Origin: Balanoglossus misakiensis
Taxonomy: Eukaryota; Animalia; Hemichordata
DNA length: 64,000 nt
Direction of reading: 5' to 3'
Assembly (NCBI GenBank): GCA_040954595.2
Contig: CM082590.2
Coordinates: 6,634,001 to 6,698,000 of the forward strand
Position 1 is the stretch's first letter. The number at the start of each line of letters is the position of its first letter. The position numbers and the translations under genes are program-made. Under the pieces are notes generated by a model. That model was not told the origin of the DNA. It saw nothing but the letters and a program-made list of their open reading frames with translations, and searched no databases. Positions 11,081 through 25,100 of the stretch are shown in pieces.

Positions 11081-14000
11081 AAACCCCAACGAAACCAATA
11101 GGGCCCAAGCGCTGGTATGCGCTTGGGCCCTAATTAAAGCTGCAAGCAGCATTGTCCGGGCCCAAGCTCTATTATCTGATCTGATTATTAGATATGCACA
11201 TAATTAATGAGTAGAAACATAATGCTGTGTTTTATCCCATGAAATATCAAGGTTATATCTAGGTTTGGTGTTGACATAGTATTAAGTAGGTCAAAGGTCA
11301 CCCAGAGGTCACCAATTATTTGGGCAGAATATTTTGACCCATAGTGGTCTATGTCCAACAAAAACCAGATCTCTAGCCCTTTTGGTTAGCCCGGAATTAG
11401 GTATGCACATAAATAATGAGTTAAGCAGGTGTCACAGGTGACCCAAAACTTTGGCTTTTCATTATGGCCCTATACCTCCAAACGCCAAGGCTGTATCTGC
11501 TGTGGATTTCAAGATATGCCAAAGTAGGTCAAAGGTCACCCGAGGTCACCCAACATTTGGGCAAAAAATTCTGACCCCATACTGGTCCATGTATAACAAA
11601 AACAACACCTCTAGGTCTATTGGTTCATCATTAATTAGGTATGCGCATATTTAATGAGGTCACCAGAGGTTAAAGGGGTCATGAAAACTAGCAAAATTTT
11701 TTGATCACATACAAATCCACATACATCAAAAACCAAACTTATAGCCCTATTGGTTAGCCTGGAATTAGATATGCAGAAAAATGATTCGTCAAAAGTAGGT
11801 CAAAGGTCATTGCCAAAATTACCAAAATATTTATAGCTTATTCTTGTCATATGATGATTCATATCCATAAAAAGAATTTCTGTGCTATCAATTTTTAGGC
11901 TAGAAAAGGAATTTTTACTTTTTAATCGTTTTTCACAAAATCCAATATGGCCGCCGTAATCTTCGACCAATCACATTCCCCTTCGCAAACTTGATAGACA
12001 TCTCTTTAATGACCACACACACCAAATCTTGTGACTCGGTTATCGCCCGTTCTGGAGAAGAAGATTTTTGAATTTTTACTATGGTTTTTCGAAAATCCAA
12101 TATGGCCGCCATAATCTTCGACCAATCACAATGATCTTCGCAAACTTGATAGACATCTGTTAGGTGACCACATACCCCAAACGGCGTGACTTGGTTATTG
12201 CCGGTTCTGGAGAAGAAGATTTTTGAAATTTAAGCCAGATTTCAGAAAAAAAATTGTAGCAAAAAAACTGCAACATTGTCAGCATAATTTCCAATTACAA
12301 AAATGATGGGTAGAAGGTAGTCTACCAGCATGCCAAATTTGAAGTTGATCTGACTTGTAGTTTCTGAGATCTGAGATTTGCATTTTTTTAGAAAATCCAA
12401 TATGGCCGCCAGGTCACGTGACTAATTAAAAATTCACAGGTTCAATGCACGACTACTCATTGACCTTGACCACTGTAGCAAGTTTCAGAAGTGTACCTGC
12501 AGCGGTGTCTGAGATCTAGAGCGACAAAGAATTGACACAAGAATAAAGAAAGAAAGAAAGAAGAAAGAAGGAAAGACAGATTAAAGCTGCAAGCAGCATT
12601 GTCCGGGCCCAAGCTGTATTATCTGATCAGATTATTAGATATGCACATAATTAATGAGTAGAAACATAATGCTGTGTTTTATCCCATGAAATATCAAGGT
12701 TATATCTATGTTTGGTGTTGATATAGTGTTAAGTAGGTCAAAGGTCACCCAGAGGTCACCCACAATTTGGGCAGAAAATTTTGACCCATAGTGGTCCATG
12801 TCCAACAAAAACCAGACCTCTATCCCTTTTGGTTAGCCCGGAATTAGGTATGCACATAAATAATGAGTTAAGCAGGTGTCACAGGTGACCCAAAACTTTG
12901 GCTTTTCATTATGGCCCCATACCTCCAAACGCCAAGGCTGTATCTGCTGTGGATGTCGAGATATGCAAAAGTAGGTCAAAGGTCATCCGAGGTCACCCAA
13001 CATTTGGGCAAAAAATTTGACCCAATACTGGTTCATGTCCAACAAAAACCAAACCTCTAGGTCTATTGGTTCATCTGTAATTAGGTATGCGCATATTTAA
13101 TGAGGTCAGCAGAGGTCAAAGGGGTCATGAAAAGTAGCGAAATTTGTTGATCGCATACAAATCCACATACATCAAAAACCAAACTTATAGCCCTATTGGT
13201 TAGCCTGGAATTAGATATGCAGAAAAATGATGCGTCAAAAAGTAGGTCAAAGGTCATTGCCAAAATTACCAAAATATTTATAGCTTATTCTTGGCATATG
13301 ATGATTCATATCCATAAAAAGAATTTCTGTGCTATCAATTTTTAGGCTAGAAAGGGAATTTTTACTTTTTAATCGTTTTTCACAAAATCCAATATGGCCG
13401 CCATAATCTTCGACCAATCACATTCATCTTCGCAAACTTGATAGACATCTGTTTAATGACCACACACACCAAATCTTGTGACTCAGTTATCGCCGGTTCT
13501 TGAGAAGAAGATTTTTGAAATTTTACTAGGGTTTTTCGAAAATCCAATATGGCCGCCAAAATCTTCGACCAATCACAATGATCTTCGCAAACTTGATAGA
13601 CCTCAGTTTGGTGACCACATACCCCAAACCGCGTGACTCGGTTATCGCCGGTTCTGGAGAAGAAGATTTTTGAAATTTTGACCAGATTTCAGAAAAACAA
13701 CTGTAGCAAAAAAACTGCAACATTGACAGCATAATTTCCAATTACAAAAATGTTTGCCAGAAGGTAGTCTACCTGCACGCCAAATTTGAAGTCGATCTGA
13801 CTTGTAGTTTCTGAGATCTGAGATTTGCATTTTTTCAGAAAATCCAAGATGGCCGCCAGGTCATGTGACTAATTAAAAATTCATGGGTTCAATGCACGAC
13901 TACTCATTGACCTTGACCACTGTAGCAAGTTTGAGAACTGTACCTGCAGTGGTGTCTGAGATCTAGAGCGACAAAGAAATGACAGAAGAATAAAGAAAGA

Positions 14001-17000
14001 AGAAAGAAAGAAAGACAGATTAAAGCTGCAAGCAGCATTGTCCGGGCCCAAGCTCTATTATCTGATCTGATTATAAGATATGCACATAATTAATGAGTAG
14101 AAACATAATGCAGTGTTTTATCCCATGAAATATCAAGGTTATATCTATGTTTGGTGCTGATATAGTGTTAAGTAGGTCAAAGGTCACCCAGGGGTCACCC
14201 ACAATTTGGGCAGAATATTTTGACCCATAGTGGTCAATGTCCAACAAAAACCAGACCTCTAGCCCTTTTGGTTAACCCGGAATTAGGTATGCACATAAAT
14301 AATGCGTAAAGCAGGTGTCACAGGTGACCCCACAACTTTGGCTTTTCATTATGGCCCCATACCTCCAAACGCCAAGGTTGTACCTGCTTTGGATGCTGAG
14401 ATATGCAAAAGTAGGTCAAAGGTCATCTGAGGTCACCCAAAATTTGGGTAGAAAATTTTGACCCGTAGTGGTCCATGTATAACAAAAACAAAACCTCTAG
14501 GTCTATTGGTTCATCTGTAATTAGGTATGTGCATATTTAATGAGGTCAGCAGAGGTCAAAGGGGTCATGAAAAGTAGCAAAATTTGTTGATCACATACAA
14601 ATCCACATACATCAAAAACCAAACTTATAGCCCTATTGGTTAGCCAGGAATTAGATATGCAGAAATAATAATGCATGATAAGTAGGTCAAAGGTCATTGC
14701 CAAAATTACCAAAATATTTACAGCTTATTCTTGGCATATGATGATTCATATCCATAAAAAGAATTTCTGTGCTATCAATTTTTAGGCTAGAAAGGGAATT
14801 TTTACTTTTTAATTGTTTTTCACAAAATCCAATATGGCCGCCATAATCTTCGACCAATCACATTCTCCTTCGCAAATTTGATAGACATCTGTTTAATGAC
14901 CACACACACCAAATCTTGTGACTCAGTTATCGCCGGTTCTTGAGAAGAAGATTTTTGAAATTTTACTAGGGTTTTTCGAAAATCCAATATGGCCGCCATA
15001 ATCTTCGACCAATCACAATGATCTTCGCAAACTTGATAGACCTCAGTTTGGTGACCACATACCCCAAACCGCGTGACTCGGTTATTGCCGGTTCTGGAGA
15101 AGAAGATTTTTGAAATTTTGACCAGATTTCAGAAAAACAACTGTAGCAAAAAAACTGCAACATTGAAAGCAAAATATCCTATTTCAAAAATGATGGGCAG
15201 AAGGTAAACTACCAGCACACCAAATCTGAAGTAAATCTGACTTGTAGTTTCTGAGATCTGAGATTTGCATTTTTTCAGAAAAAACAATATGGCCGCCATG
15301 TCACGGTCAAAGGTCATTGCCAAAATTACCAAAATATTTGGGGTAGGTCCTGGCAGGGGTGATACCAATGTGCACAAAAATCAGAACTCTGGTACATTTA
15401 GAACAGGTAGAATGAGCTATATATGCATCCCTATAGGTTAGCCTGGAAATAGATATGCAGAAATAATAATGTGTGAAAAGTAGGTCAAAGGTCAGGTGAA
15501 AAATCGCCAAAAATTTGTAACATATTTTAGTCATATGACGATTGATATCCATAAAAAGAATTTGCATGCTATCAATGTTTAGACTAGAAAAAGGAATTTC
15601 AATTTTTCACTGCTTTTTACAAAATCCAATATGGCCGCCATATTTTTCGACCAATCACAATGCTCTTTGCAAACCTGATAGACATCAGTGTAATGACCAT
15701 ACTCCCCGAATCTTGCGACTCAGTTATCGCCAGTTCTGGAGAAGATTGTTGGAGTTTTACTATGGTTTTTCGAAAATCCAATATGGCCGCCATAATCTTC
15801 GACCAATCACATGTTCTTGGCAAACTTAGTAAAAATTGTGGCAAAAAAACTGGAACATGGACATCATAATGTCCAATTACAAAAATGATGGGCAGAAGGT
15901 AGACTACAAAACATTATGATTACACACTAATCCACATGCATCATTACACATGCAGTAGTTGAGGGCGAAATACAAAGTTAGAATGGACACATTATGTGAT
16001 TGGTTAATTAGTCACAAGTGATGTGTGGATTGGTTGTAAATAGTTGAAAATTTTCATCTGAATCAGTGAAAGTTTTGACAGAGGTATTTGTTTGGCTATA
16101 AACATATCTTTATTTAAGTGAACAGATCTGTATATTACATTCGTTAACTGTGAAGAGGATGTAGTATAGATATACCAATATATTGAGCTGTATAAACAGA
16201 GTGTTAACCCAACACGTCTATGGGGTATGAATCTGAAAGCAACTTCATCCTACGCACTTGAATCCGAAAACGAATCTGACTCCAGCAGAGGCGTTGACCT
16301 GAATCCGGTGAGTAACACGTATACAATTACATGCAGTTTTTAAATGTGGTACGAATGAGAGAATCGGTTGTTTGAACGTATTATACTTGGTGATGTTGGT
16401 TATGAAGTTGTTGTTTAACCAATGGTAGTGTGATTTTGTCTGTTTGTGAGACGATGGCAGTTTTGTAAGATGTTTTGTATTTTCGTCTCGAGCGAATTCC
16501 AATATGGCGGCTATCGTAACGTGTCGAGATTGCTTACTGTATGTAAAGAATCCATGGTACCGTAAGCATGCATGTTTTGGCAAATGTTATATATGTTGAG
16601 ATGGTGGAGTTTGCTGGATTAAATAGAACAATTAGAGGCTGGGTAAATCAGAGTTTCTAGTGCGTTCCATTCAAGTTGAAATTACGAGATAAGCTTCTTT
16701 TTCAGTCAATGTACAAATGATTATTTAGACTGGAAAGGGTTTAGGCAAGCGAATCTCGTGACCGGAAGTGTTGAATTCGGGCGATCGGTGTGCCATGCGT
16801 ATGTTACGTACAAGCGTTGGTAAAGTATTATTTCTGGGATGTGTATTTGTAAAAAATAAATAAACTGTGTGATATTTATGGATTGGCTTTTCCAAATACG
16901 TAAATACTGCATTTATTTCTGTGAATATTGTATGTTTATGTGATCAAAAGCCCAGGGGTTATCATTGTAATTTTTATCAGTTAAATCGATTTGTTTTTTG

Positions 17001-17486
17001 ATAATTGAAAGGAATTTTGCTTCAAATATTGAACAATCTGTGTGAGTACAAAACAGAAACATTGCTGGATTATTTGACGTTTTAGTTGTTTGTAAAAAAG
17101 TGGGGACAAGCGGAGAATTGGCCAAATATTTTTGGTGACCACTGTCTTTAGTGTGTATGCTTTCTGGTGGTGACAGGTGTGCCAAAACATAGACAATGGA
17201 ATCTGGCAGGAGCATGAAAAGAACAGTTGACTTGTAAACATATTTTGATGCCATGAAACTATGTTGTGGGCAAGACAAGTTATGTTATCAATCTGTGGTA
17301 ACCTGTATGTGCCATTTGTATGGAAACTGTGATCAAGATATGAATTTCTGAATATCACAAGCTTGGCAGTGAATTCATTGTTAATTGTTATCCTGTTTGT
17401 AGGCAATTGTATATTTTCATGTACTAGTTTAAATATACATTTATAGTTAATTAGTTATTAATTATTATTTATTATTTTCTTGACAG

Positions 17487-17512
17487 ATTTTGGCTACCAA
17501 AGAGTTTTCAAG
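17487..17512 (+). other. Putative non-coding 5' micro-exon of the transposase transcript
   Basis: TTTTCTTGACAG, 26 nt, then AAG|GTGAGT: strong acceptor and donor. The ORF ATG at 19160 directly follows an acceptor-like TTGCTTTGTTCCAG. Confidence 0.45.
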
Positions 17513-18009
17513 GTGAGTGTTGGTGCACAACAGTGCATATTATCATAGATTAACACTCAGGTGTGCATTGTGTCAAATGTGAATTAGCCTTTTAAATCAT
17601 TTGCGGAGAAATTGCTTAGTTCTACTATCAGTCACACTGTGGTTTAATATCAGATAGGATGATTGTCCACTTCCATGCACCGTCTGTTAACATGTAAAAG
17701 CACTAGCCCATTTCTTTGAATTTGTTATTCAGGGGTGATGGAACAAAAACATATTGTAATAGTTCATAGAAATGGTGTTTATTGAATACATCAGAAAGGA
17801 AGGGACTTGTATGTGCAGAACAATCATTGTGCTATGTGGTGTTAAGACCATTGGATAGTGCCGTTTCTTACAACAGTGGCTTCAATAAAACATTGGTATG
17901 ATGTATGTTTCTTGATATCCCTGCCTTGTTATTGAACTTGTATATTAAATTGTTAAGTGTAAATCAGGTCTATAACAATCGTTTGTGATTCGTATGAGTG
18001 CATAATGAA

Positions 18010-18885
18010 AATGAGAAAATGTCGGGTCATTCAGGGTCAGGTCTGAAGCCTTATTTGGTTGTACATGGTGGATGTTGGGGTGTCCGTGTATTTGTTTATG
18101 TGTGTGCAAATTCATACATGTATGCCTATCGTACTTGGACTTGATATTGCTAGTTGGTGGAAATGGTTTTGAAGTGAAATTTTATTCAGATTTGGCTGAG
18201 TACATTGCAACGTAAATGGGAAAATGTCGGGTCATTCAGGGTCAGGTCTGAAGCCTTATTTGGTTGCACACGGTGGATGTTGGGGTGTCCGTGTATTTGT
18301 TTATGTGTGTGCAAATTCATACATGTATGCCTATCGTACTTGGACTTGATATTGCTAACTGGTAGAAATGGTTTTGAAGTGAAATTTTATTCACATTTGT
18401 CTGAGTACATTGCAACGTAAATGGGAAAATGTCGGGTCATTCAGGGTCAGGTCTGAAGCCTTATTTGGTTGTACACGGTGGATGTTTTGGTGTCCGTGTA
18501 TTTGTTTATGTGTGTGCAAATTCATACATGTATGCCTATCGTACTTGGACTTGATATTGCTAGCTGGTGGAAATGGTTTTGAAGTGAAATTTTATTCAGA
18601 TTTGGCTGAGTACATTGCAACGTAAATGGGAAAATGTCGGGTCATTCAGGGTCAGGTCTGAAGCCTTATTTGGTTGTACATGGTGGATGTTGGGGTGTCC
18701 GTGTATTTGTTTATGTCTGTGCAAATTCATACATGTATGCCTATCGTACTTGGACTTGATATTGCTAAATAGTGGAAATGATTTTTAAAGAAAATTTCAC
18801 TCAGATCTGAGATTTGTCTGAGCACATTCTAATGTGAATGCCAGAATGTTAAGTCATACAGGGGTTAGGATTTAAGCCTTATCCT
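18010..18885 (+). repeat. 205-bp tandem repeat, ~4.3 copies
   Basis: GAAAATGTCGGGTCATTCAGGGTCAGGTCTGAAGCC recurs about every 205 bp. Near-duplicate ORFs at 18205 and 18410. Confidence 0.92.
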
Positions 18886-19159
18886 GTGTTCCAGCAGAAA
18901 AAAAGTGTGTCTGTGATACTTTGTGTGTATATGTGTCTATTTGTATACAGGCATGGGGATATGTGTGTATTATGTGTTGCTGTTGAATTACAACCTTGTT
19001 CGGACTTAGTTTCTATAAATCACTTCTGTCTGTTAAAAGTTCCACTGCTTTTTACTGGTTATAATCACTAGTGATGTGATTTGATGAGAAGGTTATCCGA
19101 AGTCTGGTGGTGAAAGGATAGTAAAAACCTAACTAGACAGTATATTTGCTTTGTTCCAG

Positions 19160-22100
19160 ATGCCACGCAGTAGATACTGGAGGAAGAAGAGGAGTCAGAA
19201 GAATGAAGATACTGTTGTGTCTGAGGATCCTGTCCTCTTGAAAAACAGGATAGCTATAGAGCACAAAGAGGGGCCTGCCCTCTCTAAAAACAGGAATAGA
19301 AATGAATACAAAGAGGGGCCTGCCCTCTCTAAAAACAGGAATAGAAATGAATTCAAAGAGGGGCCTGCCCTCTCTAAAAACAGGAATAGAAATGAATACA
19401 AAGAGGGGCCTGCCCTCTCTAAAAACAGGAATAGAAATGAATTCAAAGAGGGGCCTGCCCTCTCTAAAAACAGGAATAGAAATGAATACAAAGAGGGGCC
19501 TGCCCTCTCTAAAAACAGGAATAGAAATGAATACAAAGAGGGGCCTGCCCTCTCTAAAAACAGGAATAGAAATGAATTCAAAGAGGGGCCTGCCCTCTCT
19601 AAAAACAGGAATATGGATAAAATCAGAAAAAGTGACAGAGAAAATGAAAGTACAAAAGTCAACAATGAGATATTTGAGACTGAAAATCAAAGTGTTGATA
19701 AGACTGAAGGAAGTAATGAAATTCTGCAAGAACATAGTCTTGACAATGATTCATCGGATGACCTATATATTGGTAGTGGAACAGGGGACAGCGTATATTC
19801 ATTCTCTCCACTAACTTTTGATGTATGTGAACAGCTGTGTTGCAAATTTGACATTGTAGATAAAAATAATATTGATATTTTCAATAAACTTGGAAGTGTA
19901 ACAATTGGAGACCCATGTAATTACAAGTCAATTATTGGTGATGGGAACTGTTTTTTTAGGTCCTTGTCATATTGTATAAGTGGGACTGAGCGAAATCACG
20001 GAGTTATTCGAACGGCCATTGTGAATCACTTGAAAGCCAATGAGGAAGTATATTCAGGCTGGGTACGGTTAGATGGATATACATCAGTTGCTGATTACAT
20101 TGCAAAGTCCAGAATGGATCATCTCGGAACATGGGCTACAGAAACTGAAATCCTTGCCACTACAAATCTCTTCAATGTAAATATTTTCGTGTACAGTTTC
20201 GATAGTTGGTGGAAACATTCATGTAATATAATCAATAAAAACAATGTTGATAGAGGTGTTGGTATATACCTGAACCATCGCAATAGAAACCATTATGAAG
20301 TAGTTGAGTGTGTGAAGACACCACAGTTGGAAAACTGTCATTGTACACACATTGATTGCAATGAAGTTATCCCTATTGAAAATGTAACTGGAGAATGCAT
20401 GGGTGTGACAGACAATGAGTGTTCAAAACAAATTGGTTTGAAAAAAGAGTTCCATTTGGATGACGTTTTTGCAACACAGTGTTTCGCACCAGTACGAAAT
20501 AAGAAACGCGGTAGAGCCATTGGTGAACGGTTGAAAAAGAAACTCAGGCGTGAAAAGTATGAAAGTGAAAGAGGTAAATTGAATGAATTAAATGTACCCA
20601 GTAGTCTGAAGAGCTCTAAAGCATCTAAACAATATGAACGCTATCAGACTAATTCTGAATATAGAGACAACATAAAATCGGATAGTAGAAAGAGATATCA
20701 TGAAGATGTACTGTATAGAGAGAACAAAAAACGTAGACTTGCAGGAAGATATGATCATGACCTAGTATATCGTGAAGTACAGAAAACTGTATGTGCAGAA
20801 CAATGTTTGGCAAAATATGAAAAAGTTCCACTATACAGAGAGCACAAGAAGAGTGAGAGTGCAGCACAATGTGTTGACAAGTACAAAAAAGATCAGACAT
20901 TCCGAGAACAAAAGAAGAGACAGAGTGCAGAACAATGTGTTGACAAGTACAAAAAAGATGAGACTTTCCGAGAACAAAAGAAGAGACAATGTGTTGACAA
21001 GTACAAAAAAGATCAGACATTCCGAGAACAAAAGAAGAGACAGAATGCAGCACTATGTGTTGACAAGTACAAAAAAGATCAGACTTTCCGAGAACAAAAG
21101 AAGAGACAATGTGTTGACAAGTACAAAAAAGATCAGACATTCCGAGAACAAAAGAAGAGACAGAGTGCAGCACAATGTGTTGACAAGTACAAAAAAGATC
21201 AGACATTCCGAGAACAAAAGAAGAGACAGAGTGCAGCACAATGTGTTCATAAGTACAAAAAAGATCTGGAGTTTCGAGAACAAAAGAAGAGACAGACTGC
21301 AGCAGTATTTGCTGACAAGTTCCAAAACGATCAGAAGTTCCGAGAACACAAAAAAAGTCAGAATGCAGCACAATTTCTTGACAAGTATAACAGAGATGAA
21401 GAGTTTCAAAACTGGACCAAAAAAAAATGTTTGGAACGTTACCAACAGGATCACGTTTATAAACAAACTGTACTGCAGAGAAGACGTACTGAGAGGAAAG
21501 TGACAAAGATTGAAAAGGGAAATATAGAGCGTGTTATAATTGATTTCCGGAATCAGATTTCAGTTGGGCCAAATTGTGTATGTTCAGTTTGTCACCGGCG
21601 ACTTTTTAGAAAACAGGTAATTGTTTGTAAGATGGATAACTATGTCTCTAAGGGAGGTCTCTGTGAAATGAATGCCAACAAATGCATAACACAAGAGTAT
21701 GTACACAACTGTAGTGAATTATGTATTGTTGATTGTCCCCTTAAGAGCAGTGCAGCCAGTAAATTATGGATTTGTCACACATGTCATAGCAAACTCTTGC
21801 GTGCAGAGATGCCTGTTCAAGCTGCTGCAAACAATCTTGATGTCAAACCAATCCCTGATGAATTAAAATGTCTGAATTCTTTAGAGCAACATTTAATTGC
21901 ACTGCATATTCCTTTCATGAAAATGATGGCACTACCAAGAGGTGGACAAAATGGTGTTCACGGACCTGTTGTGTGTGTCCCGTCTAATATAGAAAAGGCC
22001 ACAAGTATTTTGCCTAGAGGTGAATTGGAGGACCAGATGATAAAGGTGAAATTGAAGCGGAAATTAAGTTATAAAGGTTGTTATCAGTATCAATTTGTAA

Positions 22101-25100
22101 ACAAAGGACACATTCAAAATGCACTGGAATACCTACAGAAAAATAACAAGTGGTATAATGATGTCAAATTCAATCTCACTTGGGAAAATACTCTTGAAAA
22201 GACTGAAGAAAAATCTAATGGTGAAAGTAATGAAAACACTGAGGAAAAATTGTTAGATACTGAAGGCAATGATGTAGCATCAGACACAGAAAATGGAAAT
22301 GAGCCTGATGGAGATACTAATGGAATATTCATGGACACATGCTTTCAACCAGTTGACATTGGTCAGGATATTCTTGATTATCACTTTGATGATATCACTT
22401 GTGTTGCTCCTGGCGAGGATAATAAACCTGTTAGAGTGTTGATGGAGAAGTTCAATGAAGCTAAGTGCTTTCCTGTGATATTCCCAACTGGATCACCAAC
22501 ATTTCACGATGATCGAGAGGTTAAGATAACAATAGGACGATACCTGCAGAGTCGCCTCATGAATGCAAGTAACAGGTTTGCAAAAAGCACAGACTACATA
22601 TTTTATGCACAATATCGTTCAGAACTTGACCAGGTTGTATCAAATGTTTCAATCGCTTTGAGAAAAGGAACTGCCAACGCTTGTGGCAAAAAGGTGACAT
22701 CTGATGTTCTGACTGATGGGGATTCTTTGAGAGAGATATTGAAGTGTGATGAAGGCTACAAGTTTCTAAAACCAGTACGAGGAACTCCTCCTTATTGGCA
22801 AGCTACACAGAAAGATATTTTTGCAATGATCAGACAGTTAGGTATACCGACATGGTTCTGTTCATTTTCTGCTGCTGACTTAAGATGGAAAGAAGTAATT
22901 GAGACTATCCTACGTGAAGAAGGTGATACACGTAATGCTGAGGATCTCGATTGGTGTGAGAAATGTGGTATCCTGAGACGAAATCCTGTAACAGCAGCAA
23001 GAATGTTTGATCATAGATTCCATTGTTTCTTGAATGAGGTAATAATGTCACCAGCTAGTCCTATTGGGAAGATCAAAGATTATTTTTATCGAGTTGAGTT
23101 TCAGCAGCGTGGATCACCACACACTCACTGTTTGTTTTGGGTTGAAAATGCACCAAAAGTGGACAAAGATTCTGATGAGGATGTTGTTGAGTTTGTTGAC
23201 AGATATGTAACATGTGAAATGCCTTCTATAGAGGAGGATGAGGTACTGCATGAGATTGTGAAAACAGTCCAGAAACACAGCTCAAGGCATTCAAAATCTT
23301 GCAAGAAAAAGGGTACTACATGTCGATTCAACTTCCCCCGACCTCCTTCAAACAAAACCTTTATATGCCACCCATCTGTCAGCATAGATACCGGAATAGA
23401 GGTAACAGATGACGATCAGTGTAAGGATGATCAAATGTCTACATCGCTGGAGAGTGAATTTGAAAATAGTTTGCTTGAGTTGGATGATACAGTATTGGTT
23501 CAGAAGAAGGCTAGACAAATTTTAGAACGAGTGTGGACATGCCTGTGTGATAAAGAGAAACAAATTGATACTATTGATGATTTGTTCAATGCAGTTGGCA
23601 TATCTCAGGAGATGTTTGAACAAGCAAATGCAATTTTGGCAAAGAAGACAAGTGTAGTTCTAAAACGTGAGCCAAGTGATGTTTGGGTGAACCAATATAA
23701 TACCAACCTTCTCCGTTGCTGGAATGCAAACATGGACATTCAGTTTGTGGTGGATGCTTATGCCTGTGTTGTGTACATTGTGTCATACATCTCTAAGGCC
23801 GAAAGAGAAATGGGTTTACTCTTGGAACATGCACAGAAAGAGGCTAACAAAGAAGGAAATATGGATGCAAAGTCTGCCATGAAAGAGTTAGGTGGTGTAT
23901 ATCTGCACAACAGGGAAATAAGTGCCCAGGAAGCTGTTTATAGGGTATGTGGTTTGAAACTGAAACAATCATCACGAAAAGTTCAGTTTATTCCAACAGG
24001 AGAAAATCAAATTAAAATGAGTCTGCCATTAGCTGCAATTCAGAAGAAAATGAAAGGTGGTGATTTAGATGAGGAAGAGATATGGATGAATAGCATTGTA
24101 GACAGGTACAAGAACAGACCAAATGGGGTAGATTTTGACAACATGTGTCTTGCAAAATTTTGTTCTGAATACAGAGTGGTTTCAAAATCAGAAATGAAAA
24201 ATGTGAGTAATGAAAAACGCCACAGTCCAATAGTGAAGTTGAAAAATGATGTTGGTTACATGCAGAAAAGATCTATAAGTGATGGTGCTGTTGTTAGATA
24301 TGCTAGATTTTCTGTTACCAAATGTCCAGAAAAGCACTATGGCAGTATATTACAACTGTTTCTCCCATATCGTACGGAATCACAACTGAAACCTAGTGGA
24401 TTTGAATCGTTTGAGGATTTTTATTGTCTTGGTGCAGTGAAATGTGGCACTGCTTCTTTAGAAAAGGTTAAAATGATTGTAGATGCCAATAAAGCATTAT
24501 TTGAAACAGAGGCTGATGCTATTGATGCAGCTGGACAATTTCTTGATGAGAATGGCCATCTTGAAGATGCATGGGCTCAAATATGTCCAGAAAATGAATT
24601 AGAACGATTGGAATGCATTGAAGAAGGTAAAAAGTGCTGTGATGATGATCCAGTGGATGACAGTGATATTCCGGACTTGGTAAAAAAACCTAAAGGTGAT
24701 GATTGCCATGTAGAACTTTCAAATTCAATGAAGAAATATGAGGTTGAAGCAATGTGTAGATCTTTGAACAAGAAACAAGCAGAAGTGTTTTACACTGTCA
24801 GGAAGTGGTGTTTGGACAAAAGCAATGGCAAGAATCCAGAACCCTTTTATTTGTTTGTCACTGGTGGTGCTGGTACTGGAAAAAGTCACTTAATCAAAAG
24901 CATATATCATGAAGCCAAACGAATTCTAGCTCGTGCAATGCCAGATGTTGATGGAATTTCAATTGCTTTAACTGCACCAACAGGAGTAGCAGCGTTTAAT
25001 ATACAAGGAACAACTCTCCATCATATATTCTCCATAGCTGTTGACTCAAAGCTGCCATATCAGCCACTGCGTGAAGAAAAGCTCAATACTCTTCGTTGCA

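Noticed and set aside
121-15869. Recurrent short ORFs (MAFHYGPIPP..., MQISDLRNYK..., etc.)
   Set aside because: By-products of the repeated non-coding body. They mostly have non-ATG starts, are frame-broken in several copies and show no recognisable domain.
1-15900. Simple head-to-tail satellite or rolling-circle concatemer
   Set aside because: Most units lack an adjacent right end. The ends are displaced into stacks whose order, type and junction bases fit nested insertion.
19133-21506. Long antisense and alternate-frame ORFs (200, 156, 170, 285, 243 aa)
   Set aside because: Shadows of stop-free coding minisatellites within the transposase.
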